Source: an uncultured Candidatus Saccharibacteria bacterium
Lineage (GTDB): Bacteria > Patescibacteriota > Dojkabacteria > J137
Direction: 5' to 3'
Length of the DNA stretch: 64,000 nucleotides
Assembly: GCA_964607415.1 (NCBI GenBank)
Contig: CAZSKK010000002.1
Span: 352,585-416,584 of the forward strand
The translations under genes were made by a program, and so were the position numbers. Positions 39,173 to 46,345 of this stretch are shown in pieces. Position 1 is the stretch's first letter, and every line of letters starts with the position of its first letter. The notes beneath the pieces are model-generated. The model was given only the letters and a program-made list of their open reading frames with translations. It did no database searches and was not told where the DNA came from.

Positions 39173-40627
39173 ATGAAAAATCTAAATATTAATCAGGGCT
39201 TTAAAATTGTATCAATTTTATCAGGTACTTTCATCTTGAAAATACTATTTCTTGGCAAACTTAACGGCTTTGGCTGGGAACATGACGAATATCTTCATTT
39301 TTTAGATTTAAAAACGGTTTATACAAATTTCCCACACAACCTTGATATTGGTTTAAGCGTTTGGTCTAAGCCACTGTTTACTTACATTTACGGGCTTCCA
39401 GTGCATTTGTTTGGATTGGAAACGCTTCCCCAAGCTCAAATTTTGGGAATAATTACAGTGTTACTAACAAGTTTTGTAATTTACAAGATTCTTCTAAAAC
39501 TAAATCTTTCGCAAAATTTGAGCTTAGTTGGAATGATTATTTATAACTTCTCTTTTTTGACCTTTCGAAGTTCCTTGAGCGTAATGACTGAACCTGTTTT
39601 TGCATTGTTTTTATCTTTAGGAATTCTTACACTTTTACAAAAGAGATATTATCTAAGCTCGTTAATGATAGGTCTTCTGGTTTTAGCGAGAATGGAAGGG
39701 CTGTTTTTTGTTGGAATGTGGGGAGTATATGTTTTTCTTGTACTAACCCCTCTCCCTTCGGGTATCTCCCCTTTATTCAAAAGGGGAGACGGCGAGCGTA
39801 TGCGAGCCAGAGGGGTTAGTAGACTACTTACCAGTTACCTTTTACTAGTTACCCCGGCCCTAATCTGGAACCTACTAGGCTATATTCACTCCGGAGAAAT
39901 TTTACATATTTTTAACAACGGCTATCCCTCATCAACTAATATTTATGGAAATGGTGGTTGGACATACTACTTTGAAAGTTTTATTCGATTGGATCCATTT
40001 TTATTTTTTATTTTTTCCCTTTCCTTGTGCCTTGTACCTTATTACTTCAAAAAGAAAAACTTTGAAATACTGCTTCTTTATATTTCATCGGCCCTGTTCA
40101 TATTGATACAAGTAGTTTTTTGGAGATTTGGGTTGTTTGGAACGGCTGGACTTTTAAGGTACTTTGTAACTATTTATCCACTAATGGTAGTTCTTTGTTG
40201 TTTGTTAATTGGCCAGTTAGTAATAAAAGACAGAATCCAAAAACTAATATTTCTTGTATTACTTGTCTCTCTTTTTATTTTTAACGCTATTATTACAGTC
40301 CATCGCGGAGGAATTGTGGGATGGCAACAAGCTTCAGTTTTAGATGATTCAAACTACCAAAAAACTGGAGAGTGGATTGAGCAAAACTTAGATTCATCCG
40401 AAATGCTTTACTCTGACTTTCCAGAATATATTTACTTTGCAAACCGCGATTTAAATAAATCAGATATTAGCCCAGATGTACATTTGGCGAACATTGATAA
40501 GGGAGTTTATATATTTAAAAAAGGACAACATAGACCCGAGGAGTTCTGGCAGAATCTTGCCGGTAATTCGAATATTATGCTTTTGGTTGAGATTGGTGAG
40601 AGTAGGGTATACAAAACGAAGAATTAG
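39173..40627 (+). CDS. Polytopic membrane protein, candidate GT-C fold glycosyltransferase (ArnT/PMT-like). It contains an in-frame GC-rich palindromic repeat insertion
   Basis: At least 10 TM helices. A DE motif (GFGWEHDEYLHF) follows TM1, as in the GT39/GT83 first loop. Divergent from the DPM1-like GT2. Residues translated from 39744..39819 (PLPSGISPLFKRGDGERMRARGVSR) are GC-rich and atypical. Confidence 0.4.
   Translation: MKNLNINQGFKIVSILSGTFILKILFLGKLNGFGWEHDEYLHFLDLKTVYTNFPHNLDIGLSVWSKPLFTYIYGLPVHLFGLETLPQAQILGIITVLLTSFVIYKILLKLNLSQNLSLVGMIIYNFSFLTFRSSLSVMTEPVFALFLSLGILTLLQKRYYLSSLMIGLLVLARMEGLFFVGMWGVYVFLVLTPLPSGISPLFKRGDGERMRARGVSRLLTSYLLLVTPALIWNLLGYIHSGEILHIFNNGYPSSTNIYGNGGWTYYFESFIRLDPFLFFIFSLSLCLVPYYFKKKNFEILLLYISSALFILIQVVFWRFGLFGTAGLLRYFVTIYPLMVVLCCLLIGQLVIKDRIQKLIFLVLLVSLFIFNAIITVHRGGIVGWQQASVLDDSNYQKTGEWIEQNLDSSEMLYSDFPEYIYFANRDLNKSDISPDVHLANIDKGVYIFKKGQHRPEEFWQNLAGNSNIMLLVEIGESRVYKTKN
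39744..39819. repeat. GC-rich nested-palindrome element (copy 2 of the family) embedded in-frame within a CDS
   Basis: Outer IR ctaacccctct/agaggggttag encloses hairpin tctcccctttattcaaaaggggaga. Same architecture as the elements at 1805 and 54738. Confidence 0.5.
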
Positions 40628-40688
40628 GATTCACGATTTAAGAATCAAGGGCCAAGATCTCATGAATCTTGAGTCGTAATTCCTGAAT

Positions 40689-41654
40689 CTACTTCAAAAA
40701 TTCCTCGCCAAGCTCTTTTGCAGGAATAGAATCAATAAATTTTCCTAAATCCTTCTTAAAATCTTTTAACGCAAAATAGTTTAAAGCCATGTTCACTACA
40801 TAAGAATCTGTGCGAGCATAAATATCGTTAAGTTTCATTTTTTCTAGTTCTGGCTGAATTTTCTTCTCCCATTTTTTCATTACGTAAAGTCCGTTATAGA
40901 AGTGCAAAAGTTTTTTTAAGTCTTTTTTAGAATCATTAATTTTTTTAAAACTCGCATTCACAAAGTGAAATACATACGCTTTGTTGGTCCAACCAACTTT
41001 TCCAAACTGCTTTAAATACATTGAAATATCAAAATCATCCCAATAACCGTGAATTATGTTAGGATCCAAAAAATATCCTAAGTCTTTAAAATGTTCAGTA
41101 TAAAAAAGCGAACAAAATCCGCCTGCAAACTTGTAAAAATTTTCGTATTCGTAAGTCTTAATTTCCTTAAAATTTTCATCTTTTGTATAGGACTTGGGTG
41201 GATTGAATTTCAAATTGTATTTATAAAGTTTACTCATTCCAAAGGGTAAAGTGCTTACAACTTTCCAAAATCTACTCTTTTCATAATAAGCATTGGTATC
41301 AGGAGAAATCATGATTAGGTTGTTAGCTTCTAGCTCAGAATTTAGGGTAGATAACCAATTACTAGTTACGATTGTATCGCTATTTAAAAGGCAAACTTTA
41401 TCAAATTTAATTGCCTCACTATACGCCGAGTTAACACCACCAACAAATCCCAAGTTCTTATCATTTTTAATTACCGTGATTTCATTTGGGTATTTTGCTT
41501 TAAAATTTGAAATAACATTTAATGATTTGTCATCTTGAGAGTTACTAACCAAAAATAAGTGAAAATCCATTGTGTGAGAAAACAGACTTTCTAAACAAAG
41601 CTTTAAATGCCAGGGAGTATTGTAGCTAACGATAATTATTGCAACCATAATCAA
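40689..41654 (-). CDS. Glycosyltransferase family 2
   Basis: MVAIIIVSYNTPWHLKLCLESL; LLNSDTIV (DxD-like). Confidence 0.65.
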   Translation of the reverse strand: MIMVAIIIVSYNTPWHLKLCLESLFSHTMDFHLFLVSNSQDDKSLNVISNFKAKYPNEITVIKNDKNLGFVGGVNSAYSEAIKFDKVCLLNSDTIVTSNWLSTLNSELEANNLIMISPDTNAYYEKSRFWKVVSTLPFGMSKLYKYNLKFNPPKSYTKDENFKEIKTYEYENFYKFAGGFCSLFYTEHFKDLGYFLDPNIIHGYWDDFDISMYLKQFGKVGWTNKAYVFHFVNASFKKINDSKKDLKKLLHFYNGLYVMKKWEKKIQPELEKMKLNDIYARTDSYVVNMALNYFALKDFKKDLGKFIDSIPAKELGEEFLK

Positions 41655-41771
41655 TACGTGAATGTGTAAATGTGTGAATAAGTAAATTAGAAAATGTGCA
41701 AATGAGTGAATCAGAAAATTAAGGTACTTGCTAACTAATGTATTCGCATATTAACCTATTCTCGAATTCCC

Positions 41772-42122
41772 TTATTGGTTTAGGTTTTTTCGTGTAGTTG
41801 ATTTTATTTTTCCAGTTATTCTAATTAACTCATCACATTTTGTTTTTAAATCTTCTGACTTATCTTTTGAAAATAAGTTAAGATCTGACATTAAATTTAT
41901 CCCAAATTCTGATTCAAGACATTCTTTGTAAGCAATAGAAATTTTTGCAAGAAAATCCCTTCTAGATTGGCAGCCCTGAGCTTCTTTTATGTTAGCTGCG
42001 ATAGAAGTACTACTTCTAATTAATTGATTAGTTAAATTATATTCTCTTTCAGCTTTTTGAATCTTTAAGAGCTCCTCACATGTTGTAAGTGCAAATTTGT
42101 AGCTTTTATCAACTAAAATCAT
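41772..42122 (-). CDS. Four-helix-bundle protein (TIGR02436 family), second copy
   Basis: IRSSTSIAANIKEAQGCQSRRDFLAKISIAYKECLESE matches the family core. Flanked by direct repeats tattctcgaattc. Confidence 0.65.
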   Translation of the reverse strand: MILVDKSYKFALTTCEELLKIQKAEREYNLTNQLIRSSTSIAANIKEAQGCQSRRDFLAKISIAYKECLESEFGINLMSDLNLFSKDKSEDLKTKCDELIRITGKIKSTTRKNLNQ

Positions 42123-42143
42123 AAGATATGTTCATACATTAAT

Positions 42144-42944
42144 TTATTCTCGAATTCGCACATTCACATAATGTTTAATCATTGCAAGCTTAGACTTCAA
42201 TTTATAATGCCTAAGTGCAATTAATAAAAAAGCCTTTGCTTTTTGTTTTTCAAACTTTCTGGTTTTCTCCTGGCTGGTAGATTTCATGTATGAATGACCA
42301 ATCACAGCATTGGGAACATATACAATTTTAAACCCTTTTTTTCTGATTCTTATTGCAAGCTCAAGTTCGTCCAAGTACATTTTGATTGGTTCCCAATACA
42401 AGCCAGCCTTTTTTAAAGCTTTTGATCTATATAAAATGCAAGCTCCACTAACTGCAGGAACCTCTTCTAGCTTATCATATTGACCATTTTCGTCTTCTAA
42501 AAACCCTCGATCGTATGCCTGTGCAAAGCCATCGTAAACCAAGCCAGTTGAGTTAATTTTCCCTTCATTTGCATTATTCCAAAATAAAATTTTAGGACCA
42601 ACAGCAGCTATCTTTTCATCTTTGTTAATTTCTTCAAACAGAATTTTGATTGCATCCTCATTTAAAAAAGTATCAGGATTTAAAACCATAATAAATTCAG
42701 AATTAAATTTCTCGAAAGCGAACTTAATTCCATCATTATTTGACTTGCAAAGGTAATAATTTTTATCTTGCTGAATTACGTTAATTTCGGGAAGTGTATG
42801 TTTTGCAATTCTTACAGTATTATCAGTGGATGCATTGTCAACCAAAATTATATTAAAATCAGTAAATGTCTGTAGTTTTAAGCTTTCAAGGCAAAACTTA
42901 ATATCTGATTCGTTGTTCCAGGTAACAATGATAATTGAAAGCAT
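42144..42944 (-). CDS. Glycosyltransferase family 2
   Basis: MLSIIIVTWNNESDIKFCLESL; LNPDTFL. Confidence 0.7.
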   Translation of the reverse strand: MLSIIIVTWNNESDIKFCLESLKLQTFTDFNIILVDNASTDNTVRIAKHTLPEINVIQQDKNYYLCKSNNDGIKFAFEKFNSEFIMVLNPDTFLNEDAIKILFEEINKDEKIAAVGPKILFWNNANEGKINSTGLVYDGFAQAYDRGFLEDENGQYDKLEEVPAVSGACILYRSKALKKAGLYWEPIKMYLDELELAIRIRKKGFKIVYVPNAVIGHSYMKSTSQEKTRKFEKQKAKAFLLIALRHYKLKSKLAMIKHYVNVRIRE

Positions 42945-43036
42945 TTGTATTTAAATTATATTTAAAATAAATAATCACGAATTAAGTCACAACTTCATTA
43001 TCCAATAAAAATGCTTATTGAGATTTTTGCTCGTAA

Positions 43037-43054
43037 TTCGTAATTCGAATTTCG
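43037..43054. repeat. 18-bp direct repeat TTCGTAATTCGAATTTCG (left copy), with a palindromic core AATTCGAATT
   Basis: An exact 18-mer recurs at 44031..44048. The pair brackets the 43137..43913 gene. Confidence 0.6.
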
Positions 43055-43136
43055 TCATTCTTTTATCAACACAATTATATTAAAATAGAGTGAAGTTAGA
43101 AAGTTTAAATATTAGAAAGTTAAAATTCTTAAGCAT

Positions 43137-43913
43137 ATGTCCGGTTTACTTAATTTTATTCCAATCTCAAAAGTTGAAGCCCAAACTCTTGATGCGTTGT
43201 CTCAACCAACATTTGGCACGATAGACACAGGTCCAGGAACAGGAACAAATGCTTCAATTCTTGTAAGTAGTAGCGTAACTGCAGCAAATATCGGTGATAC
43301 TTTTAAAGTTAGGATCAATATAAAAACCAACAGTACAGCAATTAATCAGTATAAACTTATTGTTCAATACGATCCTGCAAAACTTACAGTTGTGGACAAA
43401 AACACACAAGCAAGTGGAGTTCAAATCAATTTGTTGGATACGATTTTCCAAACTGCAAATGCTGCAACAGATAATATAGCAACTAACGGAACAATAACTC
43501 TTACAGCCAAAACAGCTTCGGGGACAGCATTTTCAGTTAATAGAGATGTGGCAGAAATTGAATTCCAAGCACAAACAGCGGGGACCGCAGAAATAAAAAT
43601 TGTAGAGGGAGCAACGGGTAGCGCTCTTGTAAGATCAAATAATTCAACAATTCAATATACTTCTAATTTTGTAAGGGTTGAAGTTTCGTCAACAGGTCAG
43701 GATCCTCAGCCTCAACCAACTGATCCAAATCCACAACCTACAGATCCAACACCAACTCAACCAAGCACAGGCGGTGAAATTCCAGATACTGCAATTGGCG
43801 ATGGGCTAGATAAAGTTTTTGGTATAGGTTTTGGAATAGTTCTTTTAATAATGGGGATAAACCTTGCGATTGGGAATAAAAACAAGAAAAAGAAAAGAAA
43901 TTATTCTAATTAA
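43137..43913 (+). CDS. Hypothetical surface protein with a Pro/Thr/Gln-rich linker and C-terminal membrane anchor
   Basis: Beta-rich body, linker QDPQPQPTDPNPQPTDPTPTQPST, then TM (VFGIGFGIVLLIMGINLAIG) plus basic tail KNKKKKRN. Confidence 0.4.
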   Translation: MSGLLNFIPISKVEAQTLDALSQPTFGTIDTGPGTGTNASILVSSSVTAANIGDTFKVRINIKTNSTAINQYKLIVQYDPAKLTVVDKNTQASGVQINLLDTIFQTANAATDNIATNGTITLTAKTASGTAFSVNRDVAEIEFQAQTAGTAEIKIVEGATGSALVRSNNSTIQYTSNFVRVEVSSTGQDPQPQPTDPNPQPTDPTPTQPSTGGEIPDTAIGDGLDKVFGIGFGIVLLIMGINLAIGNKNKKKKRNYSN

Positions 43914-44030
43914 TCTAAGTGCTCTAATTCATTTTAAATTCGAAGCAACAACTCCTAAATTCGGAACAAATTTGAAACTATAAATTCTAAACACAGTTTC
44001 GAATTTAAATTTTCTGGGGCTTGTTTAGAA

Positions 44031-44048
44031 TTTCGTAATTCGAATTTC
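44031..44048. repeat. 18-bp direct repeat TTCGTAATTCGAATTTCG (right copy)
   Basis: Exact match to 43037..43054. Confidence 0.6.
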
Positions 44049-44131
44049 GGATTTTCTTTAGTTTACATATTGCTTCATTGCATCCCATTTGATAAAATTC
44101 TAACGCCTTAAATTACAATATTTTAATACTA

Positions 44132-44404
44132 ATGGTTAAAGAGCCAACAACAAAACCTGGAATTATTACTGTAGACGGTGTTGTAACAGAGGTTTTGCCA
44201 GGGCTTGAGTATAAAGTAGATATTGAATTTCAAGGTTTGAAGCACTCGATGGTTTGTTATGTTTCAGGAAAAATGAGAACTAATTATATTCAATTAGAAA
44301 AAGGTGATAAAGTTAGAGTAGAGATTTCAGTGCATGATATTGATAAGGGCAGAATAACTTATAGATTAACTTCAAGGAAGGTTGAAACCAAGCCTTCAAT
44401 ATAG
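44132..44404 (+). CDS. infA: Translation initiation factor IF-1
   Basis: S1-like core GVVTEVLPGLEYKVDIEFQGLKHSMVCYVSGKMRTNYIQLEKGDKVRVEISVHDIDKGRITYRL aligns with E. coli IF-1. Confidence 0.8.
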   Translation: MVKEPTTKPGIITVDGVVTEVLPGLEYKVDIEFQGLKHSMVCYVSGKMRTNYIQLEKGDKVRVEISVHDIDKGRITYRLTSRKVETKPSI

Positions 44405-44464
44405 GTTTTTCTATTTACTAATTTAACAAAATCTGCTATAAAGCTAGATGAATTTACGTTTTTT

Positions 44465-44620
44465 ATGAAAGTCAGAGCAAGTATTAAAAAAAGATGTAGA
44501 CACTGCTACATTGTAAAAAGACGAAAAAAAACCACATCTAAAAATGGAAAGGTGGTAGTCAAGCCGACCTATTATGTTTACTGCAAAGCTAACCCAAAGC
44601 ATAAGCAGAAACAAGGTTAA
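44465..44620 (+). CDS. rpmJ: 50S ribosomal protein L36 (with a 13-aa loop insertion)
   Basis: Hand translation: [51 protein letters not shown]. Canonical MKVRAS.KK.C..C and C...PKHKQ(R/K)QG ends. Not in the ORF track because it is under 60 aa. Confidence 0.75.
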   Translation: MKVRASIKKRCRHCYIVKRRKKTTSKNGKVVVKPTYYVYCKANPKHKQKQG

Positions 44621-44687
44621 GAATGATTCAAGATTACAGATTAAGGATTAATAATTTGTAATTTTCAATTTATAATTTTTAATTATT

Positions 44688-44726
44688 AAAGCTGATAGCT
44701 ATACGCTAAAAGCCAATCGCTAAAAT
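44688..44726 (+). promoter_or_regulatory. Conserved r-protein leader motif, copy 1 (upstream of rpsM)
   Basis: aagctgatagctatacgctaaaagccaatcgctaaaat immediately 5' of the ATG. Highly similar to the motifs before rpsK and rpsD. Confidence 0.45.
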
Positions 44727-45110
44727 ATGGCAAGAATTGTTGGAGTAGAAATACCAAATGAAAAAAGAGTTGAAGTCGGTTTAACTTATATCTACGGTAT
44801 AGGACTGAAGACTTCACAAGAGATTTTAAAAGCTACAAACGTTAACGCAGATACAAGAGTAAAGGATTTAAAAGATACAGAGCTTAAAAGATTGTATGAT
44901 TATATAGAAAAAAATATCCCTACAGAAGGCCAAGTGAAACAACAAGTATTCCAAAATATTAAAAGACTAAAGGATATCAGAACTTATAGAGGAATGAGAC
45001 ATAAGGTTGGACTTCCTGCTAGGGGTCAAAATACACGAGCAAATACAAGAACAAAGAAGGGAAAGGCTGTTGCAGTGGGAGGTTTGAAACTAAAGATTAC
45101 AAAGAAGTAA
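44727..45110 (+). CDS. rpsM: 30S ribosomal protein S13
   Basis: MARIVGVEIPNEKRVEVGLTYIYGIG... is canonical S13. Confidence 0.9.
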   Translation: MARIVGVEIPNEKRVEVGLTYIYGIGLKTSQEILKATNVNADTRVKDLKDTELKRLYDYIEKNIPTEGQVKQQVFQNIKRLKDIRTYRGMRHKVGLPARGQNTRANTRTKKGKAVAVGGLKLKITKK

Positions 45111-45128
45111 TCGGTTTTAAATTAGAAA

Positions 45129-45184
45129 TTTTAAATTATAATTTACTGCTAATAGCTATAAGCTAAAAGCTAGTCACTAACAAA
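45129..45184 (+). promoter_or_regulatory. Conserved r-protein leader motif, copy 2 (upstream of rpsK)
   Basis: ttttaaattataatttactgctaatagctataagctaaaagctagtcactaacaaa. Confidence 0.45.
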
Positions 45185-45598
45185 ATGGCTAAAAAAGATA
45201 CAAAACAACAAGCAACTAAAAATGTTGTTAAGAAAAAGAAAAAGAAGTTAAGTATTCCAAAAGTAGTTGTTAAAGTAACTGCAACATATAACAATACTAT
45301 TGCCGTTGCAACAGATTACTCGGGAAACGTAATAGCTTCAAGTAGCTGTGGGCTTTTAGGGTTTGGAGGAAGTAGAAAAAGCACTCCGTATGCTGCAACA
45401 AGGGTAGGAGAAGATCTTGCACAAAAAGCAATTGCGAATGGAGCCAGAGAAGCTGAGGTTATAGTAAGTGGAATTGGAGTAGGAAGACAAGCAACAATTA
45501 AAGGAATCAGATCAGGAGGTTTAAGAATTACAGCTCTTGCTGATCATACAGCAATTCCTCATGGAGGTTGCAAACCTAGAAGAAAACCAAAGAAGTAA
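45185..45598 (+). CDS. rpsK: 30S ribosomal protein S11 (Lys-rich N-terminal extension)
   Basis: VVKVTATYNNTIAVATDYSGNVIASSSCGLLGFGGSRKSTPYAA is canonical S11. Confidence 0.9.
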   Translation: MAKKDTKQQATKNVVKKKKKKLSIPKVVVKVTATYNNTIAVATDYSGNVIASSSCGLLGFGGSRKSTPYAATRVGEDLAQKAIANGAREAEVIVSGIGVGRQATIKGIRSGGLRITALADHTAIPHGGCKPRRKPKK

Positions 45599-45660
45599 TA
45601 GGTTATGAGTAGCGTGTTTTAGGTTAAACAAGCTCATAACATAAAACAATTTTATTGAAA

Positions 45661-45717
45661 ATTTTAAATTATAATTTACAGCTAATAGCTATCCGCTAAA
45701 AGCTAATTGCTAAATAT
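45661..45717 (+). promoter_or_regulatory. Conserved r-protein leader motif, copy 3 (upstream of rpsD)
   Basis: attttaaattataatttacagctaatagctatccgctaaaagctaattgctaaatat. About 90% identical to copy 2. Confidence 0.45.
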
Positions 45718-46314
45718 ATGAGATATACAGGACCAAAATGGAGAATAAATAGAAGAGAGAATGCTACAGTGCTAGGTAGCTCAGAAAAGTGGAGAAGAAG
45801 GCCAACTCTACCAGGTCAGTTTAATGTCTTGAAGAAAAGGCCTAGTGAGTACGCTTATCAATTTAGAGAAAAGCAAAAGGTAAAAAGAATGTATGGTATG
45901 ACTGAAAAACAGTTCATCAGATTTTATAATCTTGCTTTAAAAGAACCTGGAAACACAAGTACTAGACTACTTCAATTACTGGAGTTAAGGGCAGATAATG
46001 TCCTTTTTAGGTTAGGTTTTGCACTGACTAGAGCTCAAGCAAGACAATTTGTAACACATGGTCATATTAAGTTAAATGGGAAAAAACATAATATTCCATC
46101 GACTATTTTAAAACCAGGTGATGAAATTGAAATTGATGAAAAATTAATGGCATCTAATCAAATGAAAGAAGTTGAGCATAAAAATAAAGCTTACAAAGTA
46201 CCAACATGGTTAGGTCAACTAAAAAATGGGGGTAAAGTTGTAGCTGTTCCAACAAGAGATGAAATGGATAGCTCAATTACAGAGCGATTAATTATTGAGT
46301 TGTACTCAAGATAA
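45718..46314 (+). CDS. rpsD: 30S ribosomal protein S4
   Basis: MRYTGPKWRINRREN...; an S4 domain with LESRLDNVLFRLGFA-like RADNVLFRLGFALTRAQARQ. Confidence 0.9.
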   Translation: MRYTGPKWRINRRENATVLGSSEKWRRRPTLPGQFNVLKKRPSEYAYQFREKQKVKRMYGMTEKQFIRFYNLALKEPGNTSTRLLQLLELRADNVLFRLGFALTRAQARQFVTHGHIKLNGKKHNIPSTILKPGDEIEIDEKLMASNQMKEVEHKNKAYKVPTWLGQLKNGGKVVAVPTRDEMDSSITERLIIELYSR

Positions 46315-46345
46315 AATATATTATTTTGTTAAAATCACTTTTATT

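Noticed and set aside
40628-40688. Possible bidirectional terminator between convergent genes (hairpins GATTC...GAATC and CAAGAT...ATCTTG)
   Set aside because: Stems are only 5-6 bp and AT-rich with no flanking T/A runs. Too weak to list as a feature.
41655-41771. Imperfect 25-bp tandem (tgtgtgaataagtaaattagaaaat / tgtgcaaatgagtgaatcagaaaat) upstream of the GT2 gene at 41654
   Set aside because: Only two degenerate copies in very AT-rich promoter DNA. Could be a promoter feature, but the evidence is too weak to call.
43914-44131. tRNA gene suggested by TTCGAA-containing words in the intergenic regions at 43.0 and 44.0 kb
   Set aside because: No GGTTCGAATCC T-loop, no acceptor-stem complementarity and no anticodon-arm structure. 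The words are part of an 18-bp direct repeat.
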